From positions 682,001-746,000 of the forward strand of contig JBODTK010000010.1 in assembly GCA_050613775.1 (NCBI GenBank): 64,000 nucleotides of DNA, read 5' to 3'. Positions within the stretch are counted from its first letter, which is position 1, and the number at the start of each line of letters is the position of its first letter. The translations under genes were made by a program, and so were the position numbers. Source of the stretch: Neocallimastix sp. 'constans'. Its lineage: Eukaryota. Below, in pieces: positions 11,746-30,562 of this stretch. The notes under the pieces were generated by a model. The model was not told the origin of the DNA, did not search any database, and saw only the letters and a program-made list of their open reading frames with translations.

Positions 11746-14700
11746 CATATTAATTAATTAATTAATAAATTATTTACTTACCAGAAGGATTCATTTTATT
11801 AACACGTGCTTTTACACGTTTAATTTGACGTAAACGCTCACCCCAATTTGAAATATATTCTGTCGAACTATTAAGATTCTGACGGAAAGTCTGAGCATAA
11901 ATATTAAAATTAATTGCAAGTTGTCGAACAAAGATTGGAAGAACACTTAAAGAAACAATTTTTGGTATAGCAAGTGGTCCAATTTCTGGCATATCTTCGC
12001 GACGTTGCATAGAAACAATAAAGTATGGTTCATTTTCTTCTAATGAAGTAGTGGATAAAGGATTAGGAATATGTGTTTTATTATATGAAACAGATGCAGG
12101 ATTTTCATTCAAATTTGAATTACTACTATAAAGAATATTTTGATGATGAGACATGGAAAGATAATCATTATCTACCGGAGTAATGATGATGTTAATGAAA
12201 TTAAATTGACCAGGAATGGTTCTAAATTCATATTCTTTACCTGATTCATTATATACAATTAAAATATAATCGTTACCAATGTGTCTTTTCTTTGCCATAC
12301 ATTTTGGATCATGTTCTACCGTAGGCATTAATGTTGCAACGTGGAAAACAATTTTTGTAATTTCATCTTCTGCCATGATAGCAAATTCACCATCTACGCC
12401 TCTCCTGGTATCTAAACCACCCGTATATTCACCTTGTAAACTTGAAAGTTTGACTAACTTTCCGATATTTTGAAGGAAAACTTGATAATGATAAGAACCA
12501 GATTGGTTAGAAAGTATACTTTGCTCATCAAATTGTCCTCTTCCTACATAAACGATACCAATTTTATGTAAATCTACAACAGGTGTACGATCTAATACAG
12601 AAAGTCCACGAACTGTTGCATCATCATCAGGTAAAAGCTGAACACTGTCTACTTCACCTTTTCCATTTCCATTTAATGATTGTAACTGAAGATATACAAA
12701 ACTTGGAAGAAGTTTTGTTGGGTCATCTTTACTTATATTAGTATTTAGAGAATTAGCAGATGTCCAAGTTTTTGCAATTTCATTCATGGTAATTTTAGAT
12801 AAATTATTAGATTCATTTTTATCTGATTTATCTTTTGGATAAGTGAGAGATGCTGAATGTGATTTACGTATAATATCTTCTTCTCCATTATCTTTAATAA
12901 CACTAGAGTTACCAGTTGTTGGACCAGAATGGACTCTTAAATGATTATTATATTCATGCTTTAATAAGAATAGAGGTGAATGAATATTAGCACCTGAAGA
13001 AAATGAACGTTTATGTTTTAAATCATGATCAATATTAACCTTTAGTGAATCAAAGTTATTTACTGTTACACTATTAGACCTTTTAGTAATTGTTATTTCT
13101 CTTTGGGTATTGCTTTCATTATATATTTTGTTGTTTGAATTTATTATCTTATCTTCAGGAATTTCTTCACTTTTTTCGAATAATTCAAATTTCGTTTCTT
13201 CTTTTGACTTTCTTTTGATATCTTTATTGTTTTCATTTGAAACAATAACTTCATTATCTTCATTATCTGAACTTTCGGTACTACTAGCTAATGCTTCATG
13301 TTTATCAGATATATGCATCATTAGTAATGCTGTTAAATCAATATTATTTAATGTATCATTTCTTAATTTATTTTCCATTCTTATTACGAAAGATGTAGTT
13401 CCGGTTGGTCTTCTTATTATAATTTCGCCCCATCCTTTACTTTTTAAAGTCCTTATCGTAATAATGACTGATCCTATTTTAAAAATTTTTATAAATTTAA
13501 TATTTATATTATTATTATAATTATTATAATTATCATATAATATTATTTATAATTAATAAAAATAGTTAAAAAACAAATAAACAAATAAACAAAAAAAACG
13601 AAAAAAAAAAAAAAAAAAAAAAAAGCAAAAAACAAATATATATATATATATTTTTTTTTAAATACTAAGTTTCTATTAAAATAATCTTTATTTAATACAT
13701 ATTGATCTTATTATTTATTTACCTTTAATCCAATGCTTTGTTACAAATTGATCTTTATTTTCAAATAAAATCTTTGCAGGTAATGGCTGAATTGGCTGAC
13801 TTTGACAACTTGAATAGGAATATCTTGTCAACATATCAAGACAACACTCTACTCTTTCATTCATTTCTAATTGTGTATTTTCAGAAAGAATATAATGAAG
13901 TATAAATGGAACATATTTTTTTCTTTCAGTTAATTTTAAATTAATAAACCATACAGAAATGACATGATAAGCTAGATAGATAACATATTGATTAAAGGCT
14001 GATATTGATTGATTTGATTGTCCAGGATTACTAAGATTATTAAGGTTAGACGATGAATTATTATTAATATTGGGAAGTTGGTTGTTTAATGATTTTTCAT
14101 TAAAGGTTGATTGAATATATTTAAGAGCAATAACAAATACTAATTTATAATCATTTTCTACAAAGTTAACATAAAGATGTGGTAATTTTGCTAAAAGAGA
14201 TAAAAATTCTAACAAGTGAACAGAGAATGTCGGAGCTGTCATAATTTGAGACATTTTTACTAAAGTGCTAGTTAATAATTTTGTCATACTCTTTGGTAAT
14301 TCTAATAAAGATAATAATAAAGCATGAATACATGGTCTAGTTGTTGTTGACCATTTAGTTAAACCAATTTGGAAAACTAATATTAATTCATCTTGTTGTG
14401 TTTTAGTAAAGAATTTAGAATATGCAATAAGTACGGTTAACATATTGTAAGCTTTAGAATATAAATCACTGATACGAACATCATTTGGTATATTGTAAAT
14501 TGTTTTCTTTCCCAATCTATCATTAACTACCATATCAACAAGAAGAGATCTTAAACTTTGAATTTGAACAAATGAAGATTGGAAAAGATAAATATTGGTT
14601 AATTGAGAAACCCAATTTGTTAAAATATAGGAATAAATTTCATAGTCATTTTCATTTTTTAAAAGATAAATTAAGGTTTCAGCATATTCATTAATAGAAA

Positions 14701-17700
14701 GAAGAACATCATCACTATTATTTCTATATTCATTAGTTTCATTAGAATATACACTTCTGTTATCTATAACAGATTCCTTTTCTCCAATAATATTTATTCC
14801 ATTATCATTTGCAGTTAATTCATTAAACATACTTTCACCTTTACCACTGACCATACTTCCAGTAGCACTTAAACTTTCTCTATAACATATAATTCTAGAA
14901 CCAGAAGTTTGTACAGAAAGAAGAGTTGACATAAAACCAGAGGTAAGTTTAGTGTCAGGGGTGTCCTCATTCGATGAATTTTGATTATTTGGAGAAGCAT
15001 TAGCTTGGGGTGGTTTTCCTTTGTCATTATTATTGATTTCTTTTTTTTCTTTTTCTAAATAAATACGATATGAAGAATTAGCACGGAGTCTAAAAAGACA
15101 TTTTAATCCCATTAATCTAATTTTTTTACTAATTTTTCCATTTCTAACAATTTCTAATAATTCTCCAAAAACGATCGGACAATGCTTATATAAAAGACCA
15201 CCGAAACATGCTTCAAAAATTTCAATCAAAGCTTCCATACTTTTTAAGGAAACTTCAGTACATAAAGCATCAGATCCAAAATTAAATGATTGACTTGATT
15301 TTGGTGAAATTACAGTTAAATTACTATTTAAATCTTTAATATTTTCTTTGGAATTAGAATTAGAATTTATTTTTATAGTTAATTTATTATTACTTTTAAT
15401 ACTACTTTTTCTTTTAGCACTATTATATTTATTTGGTGGGGATATGGTATCAGATTTCTCTGAACGACCAAAAGAGTTCATACGTCCAATGGCCATATTT
15501 GAGTTACTTCTGCTTGTTGATCCTAATCTATTACCAGAGATTCCGTTTTTACTATTTACATCAGCATAGCCATTACTTATATTAGAGCTTATTGATGCTC
15601 CTCCACCTGTAATTGTAATGCCAACTTCGTTTGTTCCTAAATTATTATTTATTGATATTTCACTGCGAATTGAATTATTATAAAGTGGTGTCATTCCATT
15701 TCGATTCAATTCAAAATTATTTTCTTCGTTTGCTGATAAATAACTACTTTTTGTAGATAAATTTCCAAATGATAAATTTTTATGTATACTACTGGTAGTA
15801 CCTGAAGAACTACTATTAAACATTGCACATTCTACAAATGTATGTGTTAATTGAGAAAAATGACTATCGCTACAATCACGAATAACAGCTTTAACTAAAT
15901 TAATACATGCATGAATAACATTAGAATCTTTTTGTAATGAAAGTGTGGAAACAATAGGTATAATTATTTGCTCTATTAGAATAGAGCAATAGGTACTTTT
16001 TAATGAACTGTATGTATCATTTATAACATTTAAAATCTTTTCTCGGACTAAAGATGTAGTTTCTGAAGTATAAAATGCAGATACAAATTCATTGAAATCA
16101 GTAATCCAAGTTTCAGAAGTAGGATGAATTAACTGATTAATAGTAAAATATTCAATTAAACTCATCGATAATTGTTCAGATAAATATGGACTTAAACTTT
16201 GTAAAAGATCATAATATTGTGTAGATGAACCCGGGAACTGTTGAATTTTATATAAACTGTATATATAATTGATTATATCACAATAAACAGAAATTGGTGT
16301 TGGCTTGTTACTGGGATTGTGGTATTCATCTCCTAATTTACAATCAGGTGTATTAAAAGGGTCTGTCTCAAGTTTAGCAAATACTTCACAATAACCTTTC
16401 AAATTATCTAGTATTTCTAAAACAATTTCATATTCTAAATAAGTAATAGTTTTACCTTTTTCAAATATTAAGTCTTTTATTGCAATTAAAATTTCTAAAT
16501 CAATGATTTCTATATGATATTGAATAGGTTGCATAATATAACGCAAAATAGTAGAAACTGAATAAGTAATTGTATTTAATCGATTATCACCCCAACTAGC
16601 TTTTCCTAAAAAGAAAATCGAACCTTGAACCAATGGTATAGATTCCACTTCGCTACATAAAGTTTTACAAATAATTTTGATAGTATTGTGTGCACAATGG
16701 CTACGTAATAAATTGTTCATAATATTATATGTTGTTGAAGCAAAATTCTCATTTCTAGCATATGAACAGAGTGTATGTACGTAGACTTCTAAAGTATCAG
16801 TTGGGACATAACCATATCTGACAACAACATCAAGAATACTTAAACATTCTGAAATTATATTTTGTGGCACAGATTCATGATTACACAAATTACAAGTTGA
16901 AGAAATTAAATAAGATATATAAATTTCATCAATATAAATAAAATTAAATTTTAATGTGTTTCGTATTAATTTTAATAAATCGTTAATATAATTTAAGTAT
17001 ATTCCAATTTTTTCTTCAGATTCAATATTAGAATTTCTTGAAACTTGTAACGCTTCTAAATTTGATAATAATATTAAAATCCAACGATAATAAACTAATG
17101 CAATTTTTAATTCAAAATTTATAATATTTCTTCCATCATTCGTTAATTTGCATAGTAAACGGAATTGCTGTTCAAATTCTTCAATATTTTGTTCCCTTTC
17201 AACAATTTCAAATATTGATATTTTCAATAAACCAAGATGTTCATAATTTCCTTCTACAAGATTAATCAAAAAATCATATGCACAATCTCGGGCTTCTTTT
17301 GTTTCAGATAATAATGGAATAATCAAATCATAAAGTGTTTTTATATATTCTACTAAACTATTTTTATATTATTTTAAGGATTTTATTTTATATTTATTGA
17401 AAATTATTATTATTATTAATTATACATACGATATATAATTAAAGAATATATATTTTTATTAAAGATATAAGATTTTTAATTATTATTTAATTGTTATTTA
17501 TTATATAAAATACCTATATGATTTTGCAATTTTTGATAATTCTTTAACATATTCAATTCTTTCTGAAAGAGGTACAGTTGATTGTAATTCTGTTGCAAGT
17601 CCTTTGAGATTAACTGTACCCGTATTCGGGTCTACAGTTATAAATTGATTTTCATTTTTTATTCTAAATTTTGACTTAAAACGTTCAAATGTACTTGCCA

Positions 17701-17701
17701 T
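11079..17701 (-). CDS. TSC2: Tuberin, Rheb GTPase-activating protein (4 exons: ~17701-17513, ~17358-13723, ~13473-11781, 11497-11079)
   Basis: N-terminal helical domain (LDVVVRYGYVP), tuberin domain (HLLEFLSLLAKLPHLYVNF), Rap-GAP domain (LDRTPVVDLHKIGIVYV, FHVATLMP, KKRHIGND) and C-terminal LDFTKYT. Confidence 0.95.
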
Positions 17702-17953
17702 TATTATATAAAATATTTATAATAAATTAATTATTTAAATTTGAAATTCTTGAAAAAACATAAATATAATGTATATATTTTTTAATTATTTTTATTACAA
17801 ATATTATGAAATTTATTCTTGTCTTATTTCTTTTCTTTTTTTATTATTATTGGTGAATTATTATTAATATTATTATTATTGACTTATTAATTGAATGTTA
17901 ATTATATTCTCATCATGTTTATTAAAAATTTATATCACAATTTTTATTATTTA

Positions 17954-18001
<48 letters not shown>

Positions 18002-18808
18002 GTTTATATTTTTTTTTTTTTTAATTTTATAATAGTAATTATTACTAAATATTAAATATTATTTTATATTTAAATTATATTAATATTATTTATATCTAAA
18101 TGTTGCTGTCTAATCTTTTATTTAGATTAAAAACTTTTCTCTATTTATTATTTATTTTTGTTGTAAGGACATTAAAATAAAGGTTTAAAAATTTTTAATT
18201 ATAATTGAAATAATTAAATTAAATTAATTAATATAATAATATATATTACAATAATTTAATTTATATATTCTAATATAATAACAAATGAATTATATATATA
18301 TATATAAAAGGAGAAAAAAAAAAATACAAATACAATATATAAAAACAATAATAGAATAATATTTTATACATTTGATATATATTTATAGTTTTCAATTTAT
18401 TTTTATTTAGTTTATATTAAAATATTATCGATTTATTTTTCTTTGATTTCTTGAAGTAATTAGGTAATAAATGAATTTAAGTTTTAAAGAAAAAAATTCT
18501 ACATTTTATTTTTAGTAAACATAATAATAATTTCAAGTTTTAAATAAAATATTTTCTTTAATTAATTGATGATATTAATAATATGTACAATTTTTTTTTT
18601 TTTTAATTATGTTTAAAAGGTATTTAAAAAATATTTAAATTTAATTGAAAGTATATTATTTTAATTAATACAGATGATAGAATAACAGGATGATAATATT
18701 GAAAAGCATTACTAAATGATGATTTAGGTCATAAGGTTAAATAATATAATATATTTATATTATTTAAATATTTTTTTAATGATATAGTTTTTTTATGAAT
18801 TTATTTTT

Positions 18809-19840
18809 TTATACAATTTCCATTCCACAACAAAACATGCAAACACCATATAATCCAATTTCTGGTTGATAGGTAAAGGTTAAATTATTATTGCATATTT
18901 TTCTATTATATTTGTGTTATATAATAATTTAAAAAAGATAATATGAAAAATAAAATGAATATAAAATTTATTAATAATATTAAATTTAATTTAATTTAAT
19001 ATTTTTTTTTTTTATTTTAAATTATACCCATGATTAATTTGTAATTCATTAATCCTTTCTTTGAGATTTTTTAAATTATATTGCTATTGAATAGTTTTAA
19101 TTATTAAAAATTAATAATTAATTAATAAATAAATTGATATATATCGATAATTTGTTGTTATTTATATAATTACTTTATTAGATAATTCAAGTGTACAATT
19201 GGTACACTTTATAAATTCTAATTGTTTGTTTTCAATTAAATTTCCTTTTTCACAAATTGGACAAATTACTATCTCTTCTTCCTGGTATGTTTCAATTTCA
19301 TTTTCAAATATTTGTTGTTCATAGTTTAAAAGTTCTAAGTATTCATTATCTATTATTTCACTTTCTAAAATATTTCATGAAAATTAAAATCTTAATATTT
19401 ATTCATATTTATAATTACTATTTATTTTTACTATAAATAAATACCTTTTTTCATTTCTTGTTCAATTTCTTCTAATTCTTCTACTGATAAATCGCCATAA
19501 TATTCATACGTCAATTTGAATTTATCCCATTCTTCTTTGAGAATTCTTTGATATTCTGTTCTCTATTATATATAACATTTATACAATAACCAAAATAAAT
19601 ATTATTATAATACATATTTTAATATAAATTTTATGAAATTAATACATCATCTTCTTCCATTTCTTCATCTCTTATATTAGAATTATTTAAATTTCTTCTT
19701 TCCCATATTTTCTTTTCTCTATCTTTTCGAATTCGTGAAAGACATTGCTGTTGAAATTTTTTGTGAATATCATCTTTTCGAAGAAAGGTTTTGATTGGTT
19801 TTCTAAGTTTTCTATTATTATATTTCATAGATCTTTGCAT
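18809..19840 (-). CDS. RPA-interacting protein-like (RPAIN/RIP), multi-exon
   Basis: Basic N-terminus FQQQCLSRIRKDREK, acidic middle, and C-terminal zinc-ribbon exons ICPICEKGNL...IKCTNC and GVCMFCCGMEIV*. Confidence 0.75.
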
Positions 19841-19920
19841 TTTTATTTTTATTTTTATTTTTTTTTTAATTACTTATTTAATTATTAATTTATATAAATA
19901 TAAGTTATAATTTTATACTT

Positions 19921-20011
19921 ATTGTATCTATAATAGTATTAAAATTTATAAATTATATCTATAATGGTATTAAAATTTATAAATTGTATCTATGATACTA
20001 TTAAAATTTAT
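19921..20011. repeat. 31-bp tandem repeat x3 just upstream of the RPAIN-like start codon
   Basis: Units of consensus ATTGTATCTATAATRGTATTAAAATTTATAA start at 19921, 19952 and 19983. Confidence 0.85.
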
Positions 20012-21761
20012 TAAAGTATATTACTTTAAATATTAATCTTTGTCTGTTTAAAATAATTTATATTTATATTATTGATTGGATATAATTAATAATTAGACTT
20101 TAATAATTAGAAAAAAGATATAATATTAATAGAATTTATAACAAAAAAATTATTTTTTTTAATAATTATTTTTTTAAATTATTGTACAACATATATATTT
20201 TTATTATCAATTAAAGTTTTTTAAATTATTTATATTAACAAAGTCTATTACCTTAAATCAAAATTCTATATAAACATGTCTTTTTATTAATATTTAAAAA
20301 TAAAAAAAAAAAAATAACAATAACAATAAAATTTTAATGTATAACTATTTAAATTATTAAATAAAAATATAATATTTAATAATATTAATATCTAAATCAT
20401 GTATTTGAATGAAGGAGTCATTTCAATTTAATTTATTAATAATTTGACCTTTACCTAAGTAGATAAATTTTATTATTGAAAGAATTTCCGAATTCATATA
20501 CTAGTTCCAAAAAAAAAATATGTGGTAGTAATTTAAAATTGGAATTATAATATGTAAATATATAAGATTGTTATGTTTCCCATGGTTTTATCAATTGATG
20601 TTCTAATTAATATACCTATAAAATAAAGGTCGTTTTTAACTATTCTTGGTTAGTAATTTCATTATAATTAATATTTTATCTTATTAAATTAAAATAAAAT
20701 CCAGATTATTAGTAGATAAACTTTAATATCCCAATATACTAAAAACTTCATTTAAAATATCAATTTTTATTGATTATGAATAAAAGTAATAAATATTATT
20801 TTCTGTATTTAGTTTATATATATGTATAATTTTTTTGATGTGTATTATAAAAATATTAATTTTGTTTAAAATCTAATAATTAAATTAAAAATTAATGATA
20901 TTTTTATTTTCAATCAAATATTTATTTCAATTAATATTTATATACTTCCATTAAGTCATTTAAATTTGACTTATTAAATATTTAAAACCTGATTTTAATA
21001 AATATATCAATTTTAAACATATATTTTTTATTATAATTAAATACGTGAATTTTAATTATAATATTTTAGTTAATATTTGTAAATATCGTAAAACAATAAA
21101 TATATTAAAATCTTGCTCTTACTGTTTTATTAAATAAGTTCAAATATTTATATTTTATTTAAATTAATAAAGAATTACTATATAAAATCTTAGAAATAAA
21201 TTATTCAAAACATAAATTCATAATAAATTTAAAAATATGTTATTGGATAAAATATCCTATAAAATTATTTTTAATTAATAATAAATTTTTGAAATTTTAT
21301 TATTAATTAAAAATAAATATATTTATATAAATATATATATATATATAATTTATTTACCAATTTACCAAATTTTTTCCATTATATAAATAATAGAATAATT
21401 AAGAAATCTATATCTATATATTATTAAATATTCATTTAATTAGAAATATAAAAAAATATAAAAAGCATATACCAATTTTTTCTTCTTTTTTTTTTTCTCA
21501 CCTCTAAGAAAAATTTTAATAGTAATTTAAATTATTAAAAAAAAAAAATTAATAAAAAGGTATATATATATAGTTTTTTATTTTGAACAAAAAAATTATT
21601 TACTTTTTATTTATATAAATATTTATGTAAGTGATTAATTTAATAACACAATTTTATTGTTAAAGGTTTATTTTTATAATATATTTAATAGTAAAAACAT
21701 TTAATAATAATAGTAATAACAAAAAAAAAAAAAAAAAAAAAAAAAGAAGGAAAAAATTAAA

Positions 21762-22739
21762 ATGATAAAAATTGATTTAATTACTGGATTTTTAGGTTCA
21801 GGAAAAACTACATTTATAAGAAAGTATGCTAAATACTTAGAGAAAAAGGGTGAAAGAGTTTGTGTAATTGAAAATGATCATGGTTCTGTTAATGTTGATT
21901 TAATGTTACTTGATGATATAAGATCAAAAAATATTGATGTTGAAATGATTGCATGTGCATGTAATACAGATAAATCAAGCCATTTAAGACGTTATAGATC
22001 TAAACTTATAACAAATGCTATGTTAGGTTATAATAGAGTTATTGTTGAACCATCAGGTATTTACGATATTGATGAATTTTTCGATTGTTTGTATGAAGAT
22101 CCTCTTGATGATTGGTACGAAGTTGGAAATGCTATTACAATTGTAGATTCCACCCTTGAAGATAATCTATCAAAAGAATCAAATTATATCCTTGCATCAC
22201 AAGTTTCTTGTGCTGGTACATTACTTTTTAGTAGAGTACAAGAACTTGAAGGTGATAAAGATAAATCAATAGAAAATGTTAAAAGTCACATTAAAAGAGC
22301 ACTCAAGGACATTCATTGTAATAAGAAAATAGACAATATTATTGTTACAAAACCATGGGATGATTTAACTGATGATGATTTAGAAAAAATTAGAAATAGT
22401 GGTTATGAAAGGTCTTCTTATGTTAAGGAGTCAGTTATTAGAAATAATGAATACAAAACTTTCTTTTACGTTGATTTAAATATTTCTAAAGATGAACTTA
22501 TAAATAGAATAAATAAGATATTTGCTGATGATAGTGTAGGAAATGTTATAAGAATTAAAGGTTTCATTCCAACAGAAAATAATAAATGGATTGAAGTTAA
22601 TGCGACAAAAAAACAATTAAAGGTTGTTGAATCTAATGTAGGACAAAAAATTATTTTAGTAATTGGTGAATACATGAATATGGAGCATATTAATGAATAT
22701 TTCCCTGAAGCTGTTGCAATTGAAAATAAACATAAATAA
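21762..22739 (+). CDS. CobW/HypB/UreG (COG0523-like) G3E P-loop GTPase, intronless, bacterial type
   Basis: GFLGSGKTT Walker A, VIENDHG, VIVEPSG Walker B and CobW-C-like RIKGF...LVIGE in a single 325-aa ORF. Confidence 0.9.
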   Translation: MIKIDLITGFLGSGKTTFIRKYAKYLEKKGERVCVIENDHGSVNVDLMLLDDIRSKNIDVEMIACACNTDKSSHLRRYRSKLITNAMLGYNRVIVEPSGIYDIDEFFDCLYEDPLDDWYEVGNAITIVDSTLEDNLSKESNYILASQVSCAGTLLFSRVQELEGDKDKSIENVKSHIKRALKDIHCNKKIDNIIVTKPWDDLTDDDLEKIRNSGYERSSYVKESVIRNNEYKTFFYVDLNISKDELINRINKIFADDSVGNVIRIKGFIPTENNKWIEVNATKKQLKVVESNVGQKIILVIGEYMNMEHINEYFPEAVAIENKHK

Positions 22740-23439
22740 TTATTTAATATTAAATGAATATTTATTTAATGATAGTATTATTCATAAATAAAAAAATAAT
22801 AAAATAATAAAATATATGTTAAACTGATATAAGTTTAATTATTCTTCATAATAACAATATTAGTAATAACAATATAATAATGACAAATAATTTAAATTAA
22901 AAATAGTATTTTCCAATTATATTAACAATTAATTTATTAGAAAATATTGTAATTAATTAACTATCTTGAAAATAATAAAAATTAAAAAAAAAAATAATAA
23001 TACTAATATAAAAAAAAAAAAAATAAAAAATAAAAAATAAAAAATAAAAAATAAAAAATAAAAAATAAAAAATAAAAAATGAAAAAATAAAAAATGAAAA
23101 AATAAAAAATGAAAAAATTAAAAAAGAAAATAAAAGAAAAAAATAAAAAAAATAAAAAAATAAAAAAATAATAAATAAATAAATAAATAAATAAATAAAT
23201 GAGTATTATAAATATAATATGAATAAATAGAAAAATATTATAAATTTTTTAAAACTATATTAATACTATTATATATTCGTATATAAAAGGTTTATTATTG
23301 TAAAATTATTAAAATCGTTTATGAAAATTTGTTATATAAAAAGGAATTCAAATATAAATATTTATTTTGGAATTATTTTTATAAATTTATATTAAATAAT
23401 AATTGATATTTCTTTCTTTCATTATTCGCTACAAATATA

Positions 23440-23473
<34 letters not shown>

Positions 23474-23479
23474 ATTCCA

Positions 23480-24455
23480 TAATTTTTGATGATTTCAACA
23501 ACCTTTTACTATTTATTTTTGATGTAATATTTGGGGTATTCGTATCACTGTTAGAACCGTCATAATTATTCTTTGAATTGCAATATAATGCTAATGTAAT
23601 CATTTTCATTAACTTAGGTTGATTTAAATTTCATATTGCTTTTATCATCAAAAAAGTCTTTGTTAACATTTTTAGTAAAAACTGAGTTAATATCTTCCTT
23701 TCTTAAAAATGCCCAAACTATTCTATAACCATATAATAGAATACAATATGATAAACAACTAATGTGTAATATTCCCAATTTTACAAAAAATAATGGATAT
23801 AATTGTAAATTGTAATAAAATCTTTTAAAAAGAATTTAATAGATGCTAAAATATTTCAATAAAGAGCTGCAACTATAAATTTAAGATCATAAATTGTTAT
23901 ATATAAAGCCTATCACAATAATAATAAGCATTTTGGTTAAAAAATATTAATTTTTTATTTTTTTATATTTTAATTTTATATAATTTTATTTTTTCACAGT
24001 ATTATTTTAGTTTATTTTATTTTTATAGATTCATTAATAAATTAATTATAAAAGTCCAATCAGATTATCATTATGTAAATAGGTTTAAGAAATTAAAATT
24101 TAATTTTATATAACTTTATAGTATCTGTGATATATAATTCGATAAATTTAAATGTATGGTACACATCTTGATGTGGGTAAATCATCATAAAAAAAAAAAA
24201 AAAAAATATATGATATTTTACTTTCGTTTTCTTTTTTTTTCAGTAATGATTCTATCATTAAACTGTAGTTAAATATAGATGATGTTATCATGTGATCAGT
24301 CAAAAGATTAAGCTTTACTTTTGATATTTAAATTATTATTTTTTAAATAATAAAGTATTGAAATCTTCAGTTAATTCCAATATATAAGTTTGTTCATCAT
24401 TATCAACAGCAAATGCTACTGTATTTAATAACATTTCATATTTAGTAATTACTAA
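23480..24455 (-). pseudogene. Possible decayed membrane-protein gene
   Basis: Exon-like, less AT-rich blocks (TKYEMLLNTVAFAVDNDEQTYILELTEDF and hydrophobic FLIYGYRIVWAFLRKE) are interrupted by stops and frameshifts. Confidence 0.3.
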
Positions 24456-25851
24456 ATTTTAAAATTAAAAAAAATATTTAAATTAATAAGATAATATTTA
24501 TAAAATTTATTTTAATATTTATTTTAAATTATATATAAATTAACAAAAAGATGATTAAAACTTTCATTATAATAGTATAAACTTTATATTCAATATATAT
24601 TATGATTATAATCTATATTTTTTTTAATGGTTTAATTTTTTTTTATTTTATATTGTTATATTTTATTTTAGTTAATAATAACTATTATAACTGTTATACT
24701 AAAGTTTGAAGTTATTAATATTATATTTCATATAAGTGGAAAATTTTTACATTTAAATTTTTTTTAAAAAAAAGGATAAAAAATAAAAAAAAAAAATACA
24801 TAGTCCAATTTAAAAATTTCAAAATATGCTTTAAAATATTAAAGAAATTTAATATCTCCAATATAATTTCAAGAATTATCTTACTCAAATGAAAAATTTG
24901 TAAAGTAATATTATAAATATATAATTTTATAATAGTAAAAATTAAAAAATTTTTTTAAATTTACTATGTTAAAAATTATTTATATCAATGATTTAAACAA
25001 TAAAATGAAGTATATCATTATAAGTTTTTTTTTATAATAAACGAAAAATATTTTTTTTTGTTTTATTTAAAATTTTGAAATAACATTATAAAGAATTATT
25101 TACTTTATAAAATATTATCTATCCATGATTTAAACAATAAAATATTAAATTTATTACTTTTTTTTTTTTTCATTTTATAAAATAAAATATGATAGTATAT
25201 TGATATATCAATTACTGCATATAATGTTTTATATATTAAGAACAAAACAATTCATTGTTTTTTCTCATTATAAAGTGTTTATGATGAAAGTTGTTTCAAA
25301 ATAAAAAACATTTAAAAAAATAAAACAAAAATATTTATGTATAATGTTATTCATTATTAAGTAGAAAAGATAAAAAAAAAATAATAATAATTTTTATTTT
25401 AAAGTTTTTATGTAAATTTTTTATAGATATTTTTATGTGTTAGTTTTAATTATATAATTTATATTGTTATAATTTTAATTATAAATTTTTTGGAAAGTAA
25501 ATATGATTTATTATAAACAATTTTGTTTAATAATAAATAATAGATGAAAAAATAACACTTTTAAAAATTCTTACAGAAAATTTTTATTAAAATGATTAGT
25601 AGAAATATATAAACACATATATATATAAATGTTTAAATAATAATACAGATATAAGAACAATAAATCATGAAAATATATAAATAAAAAATATATATATATT
25701 TGTAATTTTTTTTTTTTTTTTTTTTTTTTAAAATTCTATAATAATAATAATTAATTTTTTTTTTTTTTATTCTTTTCTTTATTTTAAAAATAAATATGAA
25801 TAAATATTTTAGACTATATAAATAATAAAAACAGCTTTTTTATTAATCTTA

Positions 25852-29569
<3,718 letters not shown>

Positions 29570-30133
29570 ATAAATTATAAATTTAAATTTTAATATTAAT
29601 ATTTGAATATTTCTTATTAATAATAAAAAAGTCTGAATTTTTTTATTTCATACATCTATATATATAAAACTTTCAAGACAATACATATCAAAAAAAAGAA
29701 AAATTATCTTTGTTAAATAATGATTATCTTTAATTTTTTCAATGCAATGTTTTATTGCTTTATTTAATTATTAATTGAAAAATGTATAATGGAAAAATGA
29801 TATAAAAATTTGAATATATAAATGAATAAATAAAAAATTTCATTCATAAATTTACATAGTTTGAATATTATTTACCATTAGTTATATTAGATAATATAAC
29901 ATTTAAATTAAAGCATCTTTAATTTTTGGTTTAAAAGCTGGGCCCTTACATGGTCCATTTATAGTAATATTAACTTCATAATTATATGTAGAAGTTTTCC
30001 TTATGTGTATTATATTTTTCTTTAATACTACAATAATACTATAGCAATTATAAATATTTAAATATAAAGCTTATTGATTATAATATTATTTTAATAAATG
30101 ATTTTTAATAATGTATTATTATAATAAAAAATA

Positions 30134-30440
30134 AATATAATATAATATAATATAATATAATATAATATAATATAATATAATAAAAAAAAATAAATAGTAA
30201 AGTAAGATAAAAGAGTGAAGTGTTAATAAAAATAAAATCAAATAACATAAAAAAAATTAAATAGTAAAGTGATATAAAAGATGATAGTATTAATAAAAAT
30301 GAATAAAATAAATAGTTAAGTATATAAAAATAAAATAAAATAAAATAAATAGATAAGTAAAGGTATTAATAAAAATTAAATAAAATAAAAAGTAAAGTAA
30401 TATGAAAGAGTAAAGTATTAATAAACATGAAGAAATAAAA
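30134..30440. repeat. (ATATA)n microsatellite followed by a degenerate minisatellite (TAAATAGTAAAGT...AGTATTAATAAAAAT units)
   Basis: Four to five imperfect units visible at the left edge of the LINE nest. Confidence 0.6.
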
Positions 30441-30562
30441 TAAATTATATTTGAAATTATTTTGAATTTTCGTAGTACCTTGGTATACTTGTTTTATCAA
30501 ATTTTGTATAATCAATAAATTTTTGAGTAACGTAGCTTTTACAGTTAAGTATTTGTCTTATT

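Noticed and set aside
18670..18740. RTGATGA box C-like words as a possible snoRNA
   Set aside because: No properly spaced CTGA box D or terminal stem.
29900..30030. Short minus-strand peptide YEVNITINGPCKGPAFKPKIKDALI
   Set aside because: No start or splice structure and no recognisable family; unsupported.
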